Shown here: positions 27,047-40,975 of the stretch, piece by piece
How positions within the stretch are numbered: position 1 is the stretch's first letter
Layout of the letters: each line of letters begins with the position of its first letter
DNA from: Octopus sinensis
Lineage: Eukaryota
Length of the DNA stretch: 64,000 bases
Direction: 5' to 3'
Assembly: GCF_006345805.1 (NCBI RefSeq)
Contig: NC_043021.1
Span: 20,894,001 to 20,958,000 of the forward strand
Translations under genes and position numbers: made by a program
Notes under the pieces: generated by a model
Told to the model about the DNA's origin: nothing
Databases searched by the model: none
What the model saw: only the letters and a program-made list of their open reading frames with translations

Positions 27047-27117
27047 TTCAATATTTATATAGAGAGATATGTATTCACATACATTCTCTCTCTCTCTTTA
27101 TCTACATACATACATAC

Positions 27118-27149
<32 letters not shown>

Positions 27150-27183
27150 TTATATATATATATATATATATATATGATATATA

Positions 27184-27244
<61 letters not shown>

Positions 27245-28457
27245 GTCATCCCATAAGTTCTGTCTGAATTTTGAATAAAGAAAACAAGTGGTTAAATCAT
27301 CATTATCGTTTAGCATCCGCTTTCCATGCTGGCATGGGTTGGATGGTTCGACCGGGGATCTGGGAAGCCTGAAGGCTGCACCAGGCTCCAATCTGATCTG
27401 GCAGTGTTTCTACAGCAGGATGCCCTTCCTAACGCCAACCACTCCGTGAGTGTAGTGGGTGCTTTTTACGTGCCAGGCGAGGCTGGCAACGGCCACGATT
27501 GGATTGGTGCATTTTATGTGCCACCAGCACGGAAGCCAGTCAAGGTGGCGCTGGCATCGGCCACGATTCGGATGTTGCTTTTTACGTGCCACCGGCGAAA
27601 TTTAATCATCAGTGTACTTTCCCTGCTTATCTATGACTTCCTTCCATCTATTTACAAGCTTTTTAATCCCATCACTGTAAAAAACTCTTTTGGTTTCAGA
27701 GTGAAGATCTCTGAAATGTCAGTTTCGATCTCCTCCTGGCTTGCGAAAGTTATGTTCCCCAAATGATTTGATTAAAATCCCTTCGAAACAGTGCTCCAGC
27801 ATGGCTGCAGTCAAATGTCTGAAACAAGTAAAAGAATAAATAAATAAATATATATATATGTTATTTAAAAGCAGCAGAAATATAACAACTCTGCTGCTTT
27901 TAAATAAAGCATATTACTCTACCTCTGGTATTTGAGTACTCTTTCCACCTTGTTTCACATTTATGTGCTTATTCCAGTGTGTGTATATATATATATATAT
28001 ATATAATATATTAGTATATATATAATATATATATGGCGCTGCCCCAGCATGGCCACAGCTCAAGAGCTGAAACTGGAAAACATAAACATAAATGTATATA
28101 TATATACATACATATACATATATATACATACATATCTATACATATACATACATATACACATACATATACATATATATATACATACATATACACATACATG
28201 TATAGTTATATACATACACATATATATACATACATATACACATACATATACATATATATATACATACACATATATATATACATACATACATACACATATA
28301 TATGTATACATACATACACATATATATATATATACATACATACACATATATATATATACATACACATACATATATATGCATACATACACATACATATATA
28401 TATATATACATATATACATACACATACATATATACATACACATACATATATACATAC

Positions 28458-28489
<32 letters not shown>

Positions 28490-28490
<1 letters not shown>

Positions 28491-28979
28491 AATTTAATAA
28501 GGGTAGAAATTGATATTAATCAATTAAAACCAGTGGCCTAGCATATTAAAAAAATCTGAAGATTAAAATATCTTTTACATACAAAATTTAAAGGACTGAC
28601 CGCTAAAAGTGGATAGTCAATATGCTAGATATAGATGTCAAAATCACTATTTTCCACGAAGAATGTGATCTCAAAAAAAAACTCAGCAAAAAACCAAAGT
28701 GTAAAAAATAAGCAAGACGAATGAAAATATAGGAAATAAAAAATCGTTTTTTTTATTTTCATTTGCCTTGCTTAGTTTTTACACTTTGGTTTTTTGCTGA
28801 GTTTTTTCTTCGTGGAAAATAGCGATTTTGACGTCTATATCTAGCATATTGACTGTCCACTTTTAGTGGTCAGTCCTTTAAATTTTGTATGTAAAAAATA
28901 TTTTAATCTTTGGATTTTTTTAATATGCTAGGCCACTGGTTTTAATTGATTAATATCAATTTCTACCCTTATTAAATTT
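28490..28979. repeat. ~490-bp fold-back palindrome in (TA)n, with an extra partial arm at 29039-29105
   Basis: aatttaataagggtagaaattg...caatttctacccttattaaatt; arms near-perfect over more than 200 bp. Confidence 0.9.
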
Positions 28980-30576
28980 TATATATATATATATATATAT
29001 GTATGTATATATGTATGTGTATGTATATATGTATGTATAGCGATTTTGACGTCTATATCTAGCATACTGACTGTCCACTTTTAGTGGTCAGTCCTTTAAA
29101 TTTTATATATATATATATATATATATGTATCCTTGCTTTGGAAGTTTGTTCTGATCATTATTTTTGTCGTTTGCATGAACACAACTCTGTGCTCCATTAG
29201 AACACAGAATATCAATAACCTGTTTATTGTGTTTATTTTAACTGTATGGGGTTCTTGTTGCTATGTTAGCACGGATCCATATCCATGCCACTCTATGTAA
29301 TGTATTAATACGAACATGGAGGTTTAACGTAGTTTGAAAACTGGACTCGAGTTTCTTTAGTAACACTCCAAGCATTGTAGGACATCACTATATATACATA
29401 CATACACACATATACACATATATAAACAATAAACTCAATTGACAATCTCATAATATATTTATATTATTATATAAAATAATATACTATAGGCGCAGGAGTG
29501 GCTGTGTAGTAAGTAGCTTGCTTACAAATACATGGTTCTGGGTTCATTCCCATTGTGTGGCACCTTGGGCAAGTGTCTTCTACTATAGCCTCGGGCCGAC
29601 CAAATCTTTGTGAGTGGATTTGGTAGATGGAAACTGAAAGAAGCCTGTCATATGTATGTATGTATATATATATATATATGTATGCGTGTGTATATGTTTG
29701 TGTGTCTTTGTCCCCTAACATCGCTTTACAACCAATGCTGGTGTGTTTACGTCCCCGTAACTTAGCGGTTTGGCAAAAGAGACCGATAGAATAAGTACCA
29801 GGCTTCCAAAGAATAATTCCTGGGTTAGATTTGTTCGACTAAAGGCGGTGCTCCAGCATGGCCGCAGTCAAATGAAACAAGTAAAAGAGAGAGAGTAAAG
29901 AGTATGAATATAATATAAAATAAAATAACATGAAAAATTATTAAAAAACCAAGAGCCAACAATTTGTTTTGACTTCTGTACGTTATCTGAAGGGACTTAT
30001 ATAAATGGACATGAATTGTTTATAAATCAAATAATGTATATAAGTAGAAACAAATTGTTGATTCTTTGGTTTTTTTAAATAATTTTTTTATGTTATCTAA
30101 CATTATATCATCATCATCATCGCCAGAGCAGCCAACTGGCTTCCGTGCCAGTGGCACGTAAAAGGGCACCATTCGAGCGTGATCATTACCAACATCACCT
30201 TACTGGCACCTGTGCCGGTGGCATGTGTAAAAGGATTCGAGCAAGGTCATTGCCAGTATCGCTTGACTGGCCCCTGTGCCGGTGACACGTAAAAAGTACC
30301 CCTACACTCTCGGAGTGGTTGGCGTTAGGAAGGGCATCCAGCTGTAGAAACTCTGCCAGATCAGATTGGAGTCTGGTGCAGCCATCTGGTTCGCCAGCCC
30401 TCAGTCAAAATCAGTGGGACTGAACCTGGAGCCATGTAGTTTGTAAGCAAGCTACTTACCACACAGCCACTCGAGTTTTTTTTTAACATTATTCAATTCA
30501 CCTCTTCTTTTATTTAATTTGGAAACTTAGTTAATTTTAACCAAGTTTATTTAAAACAAAGTACTTAAATGTTTAA

Positions 30577-30705
<129 letters not shown>

Positions 30706-30837
30706 AGGAATGTCACAAACTAAAGGGAAAACCAGTCAGACAGCCAGCCAGCCAGCCAACTCTCTGTCTAAATGTCTGTCTGTCTGTCTAAATATCGAGC
30801 TGTCAGTCTGTTAATCTGTCCATCTTAAATATTTTTC

Positions 30838-30872
<35 letters not shown>

Positions 30873-30915
30873 CTATGTCTATCAATCTGTCTATTTAGGT
30901 CTATCTATTTCTCTC

Positions 30916-30957
<42 letters not shown>

Positions 30958-31046
30958 ACTAATGTAGGATAAAAATTTTTTCGGGAAAAAAATTTTTTAT
31001 CAATGGCCAGCATATCAAAAAATACCTTTAAAGGTTAAATTTATAA

Positions 31047-31298
31047 ATAATTCACAAGATAAGGGCAAAAGAAAAATTCTAATGCCAAAAATGCCGAAAA
31101 AAAGACAAAAATTGTCAATAACCATTATAATTTATGCGTCTTGAAACAAACTGATAGAAATTTCTAAAACAAATTTTCCAGAAATTTCTATCGGTTTGTT
31201 TCGAGACGCATAAATTATAATGGTTATTGACAATTTTTGTCTGTTTTTCGGCATATTTGGCATTAGAATTTTTCTTTTGCCCTTATCTTGTAAATTAT
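31047..31298. repeat. ~250-bp fold-back palindrome just 3' of the PDE6D stop
   Basis: ataattcacaagataagggcaaaag ... cttttgcccttatcttgtaaattat. Confidence 0.9.
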
Positions 31299-32475
31299 AT
31301 ATATATGTATGTATATATATATATTGGTTTGGGGGATACAAATGAGGGAAATAGAACTTATTGTGTAAATAGAATAAATATATTTAGTTAGTAGCTGCGA
31401 CGTCTCATAAGTGTCTCAACTCACGGACTAAGAGTTTCTTGCAAACACACTTATCATGCAGCTCTTAAGTTGCTTCATGGTTAATAAACAGAATATATAT
31501 ATATATCTTATGTATGTGTGCCTGTCTGTCTGCATCTGTCAGTGTATCTATTTATCACTCTATGTTTGTCCGTCTCTCTATCTATCTAGCTGGCTACTCT
31601 GCTCCCTAACAGTGTCAACATTCATCCTTCCAACTCTCATCACCGTCGCTGCCACCCACCATCTTCACATTTGGCTCAAAAAAATCAAAAAAACAAAAAA
31701 AAAAGAACCAGGAACTGGGGGAGGGGGGGAAGAATGAGGGGATGGGATGGGAGGGGGTTTCAATTAATAATTTAAAAGAGAAAAAAAAAGACACAAAAAC
31801 AACAAAAACAACAACACAACATAATTTTGAAATAATTTAAAAATAAAATAAAATTCTTTTTGAAAAAAACAAGTTTTAAAAAATACAAAACAAAACTTTT
31901 CAAAAAAGAGAAAGAAAAAAAAAACAAAATAAAATTTTGAAAAATATCAAAAAAAAAATAAAACTAAATTTTTCAAAAAAAAAAAATGAGGCATAAACTA
32001 ATTAGTCCAATCACAAAAGCCAACATTTGAGATAATTACCTCAAGGATATATTCTCTCTATTTCTATAACTAACTTCACTTTTTCTCTCTCACTGTTTTT
32101 TTTTAGTAAGACTTTTTCTCTACTATTACTGCTAGTACTCTTAACTAATTTTTTCCTTTTTAACATACACATGCAAAAAGAAAAAAAGCAAGAAAAATTG
32201 AAAAAAAAGCCTAAAAAATTACCGTTTGTTGTTTGTGTTTATCGAACATGTCAACATGTTTGAGCCAGGATTATCCTGTTTCACTTCTCTCTTCAGTTGT
32301 TTTATGCTTTTGAAATATGTTTATTATATTGAAGACTACATTATTCAGTCATTATAGTTTTGTTGGGAAGGTGGTGAGCTGGCAGAAACATGAGCGAAAT
32401 GCTTAGCGGTGTTTTGTCTGCTGTTACATTCTGTGTTCAAATTCCGCTGAGGTCCACTTTGCCTTTCATCCTTTC

Positions 32476-32668
32476 GGGGTCGATAAATTAAGTACCAGTT
32501 ATGAACTGGGGTCGATAAATTAAGTACCAGTTACGCACTGGGGTCAATAAATTAAGTACCAGTTACGCACTGGGGTTGATAAATTAAGTACCAGTTATGC
32601 ACTGGGGTCGATAAATTAAGTACCAGTTATGCACTGGGGTCAATAAATTAAGTACCAGTTACGCACTG
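32476..32668 (+). repeat. Six-copy 32-bp tandem array inside a SINE-A
   Basis: ggggtcgataaattaagtaccagttacgcact at 32476, 32508, 32540, 32572, 32604, 32636. Confidence 0.95.
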
Positions 32669-33538
32669 GAGCCGATGTAATCGACTGAATCCCTTTGTCT
32701 GTCCTTGTTTGTCCCCTATATGTTTAGCCCCTTGTGGGCAATAAAGAAATAAGAAATGTTAACATGCCGGGTGAAATGCTTAGCAGTATTCCATCTGCCT
32801 TTATGTCCTGAGTTCAAATTTCACTGAGGTCGACTTTGCCTTTCATCGTTTCGGGGTTGATAAATTAAGTACCAGTTACGCACTGGGGTCGATGCAATCG
32901 ACTTAATCCCTTTGTCTGTCCTTGTTTGTTTCCTCTATGTTTAGCCCCTTGTGGGCAATAAAGAACTATAGTAGATGACACTTACCAAAGGTACCACCCA
33001 GTGGGACAGACCTGAAACCATGAGGTTACAAAGCAAGCTTCTTAACCACACAGCCATGCTTCTATCTGTTATTATCATCACCATCATCATTGTTCAATGT
33101 CCGCTTTCCATGCTGGCATGGGTTGGACGGTTTGACTGAGGACTGGTAAGCCAGGACGCTCCAATGAATAATGCAAACAAACTGTTACTCAATATTCTTT
33201 TCTTCTCTAGGCACAAGGCCTGAAATTTTGGGGGAGGAGGCCAGTCGATTAGATTGATTCCAGTATGCAACTGGTACTTAATTTATCAACCCTGAAAGGA
33301 CGAAAAGCAAAGTTGACCTCAGCAGAATTTGAACCCAGAACGTAAAGACAGACGAAATACCTATTTCTTAACTAAACATAGAGTGGACAAACAAGGACAG
33401 ACAAACGGATTAAGTCGATTATATCGACCCCAGTGTGTAACTGGTACTTATTTAATCGACCCTGAAAGGATGAAAGGTAAAGTCCACCTCGGCGGAATTT
33501 GAACTCAGAACGTAGCGGCAGATGAAATTAAAGTAAAT

Positions 33539-33872
33539 GCGCCCTTTTAAAGCCTAGCCAGGCTCGTGGGCCCGGTTTCCGTGGCGTATGTGTTCCCCCC
33601 CAGCTGGACGGGACACCAGTCCATCGCAGAAAAATAAATGCACCCTTTTTATTAAAGCCTAGCCAGGCTCATGAGCCCAATTTTCCGGTTTCAGTGGCGT
33701 ATGTGTTCCCCAGCTGCACGGGACGCCAGTCCATCGCAGCGTTACTCATTTTTGCCAGCTGAGTGGACTGGAGCAACATGAAATGAAGAACACAACGCGT
33801 TGCCCGGTCCAGGAATCAAAACCACAATCTTACGATCATGATGCTGACACCCTAACCACTAAGTCATGTGCC
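33539..33872 (-). mobile_element. SINE-D (tRNA head, CORE-like and V-domain-like blocks), with duplicated 3' end
   Basis: Minus strand ggcacatgacttagtggttagg..gttttgattcctggacc..gctccagtccactcagctggc..gcgatggactggcgtcccgt. Relatives at about 18310-18620, 44930-45195 and 49338-49530. Confidence 0.65.
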
Positions 33873-34338
33873 TCCACATGCTAATTTTAGCTTACAATGT
33901 TTACAATACAAGGTAGTCAGCCAGGAATTAACAACTAGAACAGCTGTACTCGGTGACTATGAATGAATATACATGATTACTAAACTTACCATATATGTAG
34001 TTACCATATGCATATTTGTTCATAGCCATCGTCTTGGTAATCTCGTTAATTATTTGTGGTCATCAACCTTGTAGTATTATGGAGGTAACATTATACTTGT
34101 AATTGTTTGCTTAGGAGTAGGAGTGGCTGTGTGGTAAGTAGCTTGCTTACCAACCACATGGTTCCGGGTTCAGTCCCACTGCGTGGCACCTTGGGCAAGT
34201 GTCTTCTACTATAGCCTCGGGCTGACCAAAGCGTTGTGAGTGGATTTGGTAGACGGAAACTGAAAGAAGGCCGTTGTGTGTGTATACATATATATATATA
34301 TGTGTGTGTGTATATATATATATATATGTGTGTGTGTG

Positions 34339-34383
<45 letters not shown>

Positions 34384-35986
34384 GTGTGTGTGTCTCTCTC
34401 TCTCTATATATATATATAGAGAGAGAGATATGTGTGTGTGTCTGTGTTTACTCCCCCAATATTGCTTGACAAATGATGCTGGTGTGTTTATGTCCCCGTA
34501 ACTTAGCGGTTCAGCAAAAGAGGCTGATAGAATAAGTACTAGGCCTACAAACAATTAATTCTTTTTGTGTTTGGTCAGTTAATTATTTTTTTGTTTTGTC
34601 TTTTCCTATTTGCTTCTATCTTGAAATCAAAGGAAGTGACTACTATTCCCTTCAAACTTTGCTTTTGTGACCTGGACACCAATGTTTCGAAACTGACCTA
34701 TTTTCAATAACATTTCAAACAGATTCAGTGCCGAGTTGTTGAAGCAGAAATATTGTTATGGCAATTCTTTGGGGTTTGAATAGATGTAACACAATCAAGA
34801 TTTGAAGGAAATAGTAGCTATTTTTCATACTCTCTAGGGGTAAGCAAATAAGAGATAACACTTGATACCCAAAGATAATCAACTATAGGCTTTTGTAGTT
34901 GTACTGATGGAAGAGGGGAGTTAAGTGAACACTGATGAGCCTAACATGAAAGGTGAAACTTGTGGGACTCGTTTTCCTTTCACTTTTACAAAACTCCTCA
35001 TTCTGGAATGAATGAGAGAGGAATGCTCAATATTCTTTTACTTGTTTCAGTCATTTGACTGTGGCCTTGCTGGAGCACCGCCTTTTAGTCGAGAAAATCG
35101 ACCCCAGGACTTATTCTTTGGAAGCCTAGTACTTGTTCTCTCGGTCTCTTTTGCCAAACTGCTAAGTTATGGGGGCGTAAACACACCACCATCGGTTGTC
35201 AAGTGATGTTGGGGGGACAAAAACACAAATACAGGGCGACTTTGCCTTTCATCCTTTCAGGGTCGATAAATTAAGTACCAGTTACACACTGGGGTCGATA
35301 TAATCGACTTAATCCCTTTGTCTGTCCTCTCTGTGTTTAGCCCCCTGTGGGTAGTAAAGAAATATATATATATACACATATATACGACAGGCTTCTTTCA
35401 GTTTCCGTCTACCAAATCTACTCACAAGGCTTTGGTCGGCCTGAGGCTATAGTAGAAGACACTTCCCCAAGGTGCCACGCAGTGGGACTGAACCCAGAAC
35501 CATGTGGTTGGTAAGCAAGCTACTTACCTCACAGCCACTCCTGTGCCTATATACATACATATATTTATCTTACCAGCAATGTTTTACTACTCAACACATG
35601 TCAGCATGGAAAAATGGACATCAAATGATGATGATGATGATATATGCATTTACACATACACATCTATGTATATGTGTGTATATGTCAGTTCACGAATATA
35701 TTTGCATATATTTATGTATGTATTCTTACACAATATGATATGACTTTTTAAACCAGTTTGACTGGATATAGTGTTTAGGCCTCGTATCGTTCATTGCATC
35801 TGCTCCTTCTCTCTCTCTCATTATATATAAATATTCTTTCTTCTGTTTACTATATCATCATTAATATTGATGATAATGATAATAATAATAATGATAATAA
35901 TAATAATTTAAATTAGGTTTTCATGCAATGTTTATGCAAATAAGATCAAAGAAAATATAACTTTTGTTAATATCATTATTAATGCG

Positions 35987-36026
<40 letters not shown>

Positions 36027-36650
36027 TATTATCGTATTTAGGGATGGTCATGTTGCCAGTTTAGCCAATAAAAACACACAAAAGAACTCTGGTCGAAATA
36101 AGATTAAGATTAATGTAAAAAATAAATAACGCTGAAGCAAAGTAACACCAAATATATAGTGTGTGTGTTTTTATTGGCTAAACTGGCAAAATGACCATTC
36201 CTAAATACAACAATATCTGTTTCAACACACGATTTCACATCAAGAATCTTGCAAAACAAATATATCAGCGTAATTATTATTATTATCATTAAGGTCATTA
36301 TCATCATGATAACTATTATCACCATCAGCATCAGCATCATCACTATTATTAAAGGTGGCACATAAAAAGCACCATCCGAACATGGCCGATGCCAGCGCCG
36401 CCTTGGCTGGCTTCCGTGCTGGTGGCACGTTAAAAGCACCAACCGATCGTGGCCGATGCCGGACTCTCCTGGCACCTGTGCAGGTGGCATGTAAAAAGCA
36501 CCCACTACACTCGTGGAGTGGTTGGCGTTAGGAAGGGCATCCAGCTGTAGAAACACTGCCAGATCAGACTGGAACCTGGTGCAGCCCCTGGCTTCCCAGA
36601 CCCCGGTCGAACTGTCCAACCCGTGCTAGCGCGGAAAACGGACGTTAAAC

Positions 36651-36681
<31 letters not shown>

Positions 36682-38284
36682 TGGCAAGCTGGCAGAATTG
36701 TTAACAAAATGCTTAGTGGCATTTCGTCTGCCTTTATATTCTGAGTTCAAATTCTGCTGTGGTTGCCTTTGCTTTTGATCCTTTTGGGGGGTCGGTAAAA
36801 TAAGTACCAGTTGAATGCTGGGGTCGATGTAATCAACTCATCCCCACCTCCCCCAAGCTGCCCTTGTGGCAAAAAATTGAAATAATTATTATTATAATTA
36901 TTATCAAGGTCATTATCATTGTCATCATCATCATATTCGTTATTATTAAAGGTGGCCAGCTGGCAAAATCGTTAGCACGCTAGCAAAATGCTTTGTGGTA
37001 CTTTGTTCATCTTTATGTTTCTGAGTTCAAATTCTGCTGTGGTCGACTTTGTCTTTCATCCTTTTGGGGTCGCTAAAATAAGAACCAGTTGTTAGGGGTC
37101 AAAGTGATTGCAGAGCAATGTTGAGATGAAGTGTTTTGCTCAAGAACTCAATACACCACCCAGTGCAAGAATTGAAACCATGATCTCAAGATTGTGAGTT
37201 CAGTACCTTAACCACTAGGCTATAAGCCTTCTCTCTCTCACACACACATGACAGCTTCTTTCAGTTTCCATCTACCAAATCTCACAAGGCTGAGGACTTT
37301 GGTAAAAGACATTTGGACACGGTGTCCTGCAGCGGGACTGAACCTGAAACCACATGATTGGGAAAACAAACTTATTAACCACACTGCCACACCAGTGCCT
37401 TAACTATACTCTTTTACTTGTTTCAGTCATTTGACTGCAGCCATGCTGGAGCACCGCCTTTAATCGAGCAACTCGACCCCGGGACTTATTCTTTTGTAAG
37501 CCCAGTACTTATTCCATCGGTCTCTTTTGCCGAACCGCTAAGTAATGGGGACATAAACACACCAGCATCGATTTTCAAGCAATGCTAGGGGGACAAACAC
37601 AGACACACAAACATATACACACATACACACATATATATATATATACTTATATATGACGGGCTTCTTTCAGTTTCCGTCTACCAGATCTACTCACGAGGCT
37701 TTGGTTGGCCCGAGGCTATAGTAGAAGACACTTGCCCAAGGTGCCACGCAGTGGGACTGAACCCGGAACCATGTGGTTGGTAAACAAGCTACTTACCACA
37801 CAGCCACTCCTGCGCCTTAACTATGTCCATCATCATCATCATCATCATATGATGTCCATCTTCCAGGCTGGCATTTGTTGGGTGGTTTGACAGGATCTGA
37901 CAAACCAGTGGATCTCATTGGCCTTAAATGTCTGCCTTGACTTGGTTTTTATGCATGGCTTGTCTTCAGTACCAGTTACCTCTTCTCTAAATGTCCCCAT
38001 CCATCCATGCACATTGCTTTTGTCAGTACAGTCATTTCCATATGTGACATACAGCCTTCTGTGGTTGCCAACACAGACTACAGCCCACCCCAGCCCACAC
38101 CTTTGTCAAGAACTTGATGGCGTCATACCGCTTTTTGCTTGGAACCCATTATTTGTCTGCAACGAAGGACAGGAATAACAGTTACCAAAGAGGAAGAGTA
38201 ACTCTACTAACGTGTGAAATTTGAATGACCTATTACTATTAATAATAAAGTTATGCTCACTTTCACATTACTTTCGGCACAACC

Positions 38285-38325
<41 letters not shown>

Positions 38326-38420
38326 ACAAAGGGTAAAATTAATCAATTAAGAGTTAATTAATAATTTCACGAAGTAGAATTCAGTATGAAAAAAGGACCA
38401 TTTCATGGCAAACTTAAGTA

Positions 38421-38780
38421 ATACTAATAAAAAGGGTTCAGCAAAGATTTGCTTCACCACACACCGAAGTTTAGAAATAGCAGCCCAAAAACTTAGCTAT
38501 TTCTTCTACTTTAAAAAGGGTCTCCCAGAGAAACCAAAATACTTGAAGGTTATTCACACAGGCAGAGAGTAAAAGCAACGAAAATCAATCAATATTGCAT
38601 GGACGACCAGATATTGATTGATTTTTGTTGCTTTACTCTCTGCTTGTGTGAATTATCTTCAAGTATTTTGGTTTCTCTGGGAGACCCCTTTTTAAAGTAG
38701 AAGAAATAGCTAAGTTTTTTGGCTGCTATTTCTAAACTTCGGTGTGTGGTGAAGCAAATCTTTGCTGAACCCTTTTATTA

Positions 38781-38784
<4 letters not shown>
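38421..38784. repeat. ~360-bp fold-back palindrome
   Basis: atactaataaaaagggttcagcaaagatttg ... caaatctttgctgaacccttttattagtat around a short loop; related hairpin at 58090-58262. Confidence 0.9.
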
Positions 38785-38819
<35 letters not shown>

Positions 38820-39264
38820 AAATAATGAGGGAGATAAATTGAATATTAATTTAATATCAATTTAAAACCAGTAGCCTAGCATATATAAAAAATCTGAAAA
38901 ATCAGAAAAAATTCCAATACATGTGTATATTTAGGGATAACCACTAGGTGGATAACTAATATGCGAGAAGAAGATCACATGATCTTACTACAAAGAAAAG
39001 AATGTTCTCTAGAGAAATTCGTCTGGTGTTTGCTGAATTCCTCTAGAGAACATTCTTTTCTTTAATCTTTTACTTGTTTCAGTCATTTGACTGCGGTCAT
39101 GCTGGAGCACCGCCTTTAAAAATGAACCTCGGCAGAGTTTGAACTCAGAACGTGAAGACGGAAGAAATGTCGCTGTTTTGCCCGACATGCTAACCATTCT
39201 GCCAGCTCGCCGCCTTTGTAGTAAGATCGTATGTGATCTTCGTCTAGCATATTGGTTATCCCTA

Positions 39265-39302
<38 letters not shown>

Positions 39303-39404
39303 ACGGGAAAGTTTACGAAAATAAACAAAAGACGAAGGCAGGTGGAGTACAAACAAACAAACAAATGTATTAGTATAGCGCTCAGGAATAGAAATAGAAA
39401 AAGT

Positions 39405-39440
39405 CTTTTACGTTTCGAGCCTACGCTCTCTGACAGAAAG
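39405..39440 (-). ncRNA. Hammerhead-like variant motif (same family as 48767)
   Basis: Minus strand: CTTT-CTGTCAGA-GAGC gtag GCTC-GAAACGTA-AAAG. Confidence 0.35.
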
Positions 39441-40764
39441 ATACACAGAAAAAAAACAAGGAGAGAAAAAAATGTGTATAGGAGCTAACGGTCCAACATG
39501 GCATCTTGACTCACATACACACATGGATATACATAGACATCTCAAAAGTAAATAGACGCCAGGGTTGTTTTTTTTTTATCAAGATTTGTTTCTAGAAACA
39601 ATGTCATTTGATGCGTTTAAATACTAAATCTGGTATTTAGTAGACATGCTTTGTTGCAGTTTTCAAGGATTTAATCTGTTTGGGTATCATGCTGATAAGT
39701 AATTTGTGCACTGCTACAATGGTATAATGAGGGGGTGTCTTTACTTTTGAGATGTGTGTGTGTGTGTGTGTGTACATATATATATATATAGACATACATA
39801 CACATGCATACAACCACATATACATATAACAGACATTACACAGTACAATGTTCAAATGAAGACATCTCAAGAGCCATCATAAGTTCAGAAGGAGTTGCAA
39901 ATTATTATTTCATTAAGCTAGCAAAAATATTAGCAGTTGTGTATCATTAGCTCATCCCCCGCAACATAACCAAACTCCAAAGCAATTAAGTACCACTTAT
40001 TATTTTCTATGGTCATTTGCTCGAGTGTACCACATTTTAGTTGACACTCAAGTACCTCTTGTTACATTACGTAACTGAAAGAAATATATTTAACTGAAAA
40101 CTTAACTGAAAAGTTCAAAAGACAGAAAACAGAAAAGACACACTTTCACTTCATAAGGTCAGTATTTGATATTTTACATGACTAAACTCTATTATATCTA
40201 CATATTTTTATCAGTATTTGAGTATAATTTGCATTGCTGAAGATTATATCAGCACACATGGTCAATCTTTGAACCAATTTTGTACTATAGGTGCAGGAGT
40301 GGCTGTGTGGTAAGTAGCTTGCTACCAACCATATGGTTCTGGGTTCAGTCCCACTGCGTGACACCTTGGGCAAGCGTCTTCTACAATAGCCTCGGGCTAA
40401 CCAAAGCCTTGTGAGTGGATTTGGTAGATGGAAACTGAAAGAAGCCCGTCGTATATATGTATATATATATGTGTGTGTGTGAGTTTGTATGTCTGTGTTT
40501 GTCCCCCCAACATCGCTTGACAGCCGATGCTGGTGTGTTTATGTCCCTGTCACTTAGCGGTTCAGCAAAAGAGACCGATAGAATAAGTACTGGGGTTGAT
40601 TTGCTCGTTACTGTATTTATTTTGAGATGCTTTGTGTTTCTTTCGATTATTTTAAATATAATAGAGAATTTCGTAAAATAACTTAGTTATCATTCAGCTA
40701 GTATTAGGAACGTAAATTGTGACTAAGGTTTGGTGGAAGATTTTAATTAGAAACTTATGAAAAC

Positions 40765-40975
40765 TTGTTGGAAGTAACACTCCACATCTTCAAAGTCCTC
40801 TTGAATGCTTGGTATGACAGATTATTGCCGTAAGTTCAAGGAAATGGGACCATCCAGAGTACTGTCAAAAGAGAACAATCCAATTTATCCTTTTCGATGA
40901 TCAAGCCTTTTAAGCTGCACCATGCTGTAACCCCTGATAAATTTACATGATGTTCTTCCATACCATGCAAATTCT
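40765..40975 (-). mobile_element. Degenerate Tc1/mariner transposase fragment
   Basis: Minus-strand frameshifted [16 protein letters not shown] ... VIPSIQEDFEDVECYFQ, upstream of the expected QDGAP motif. Confidence 0.5.

Noticed and set aside
32476-32668. CRISPR-like appearance of the 32-bp array (also 52755-53390)
   Set aside because: Contiguous tandem units with no unique spacers, no cas genes, eukaryotic context.
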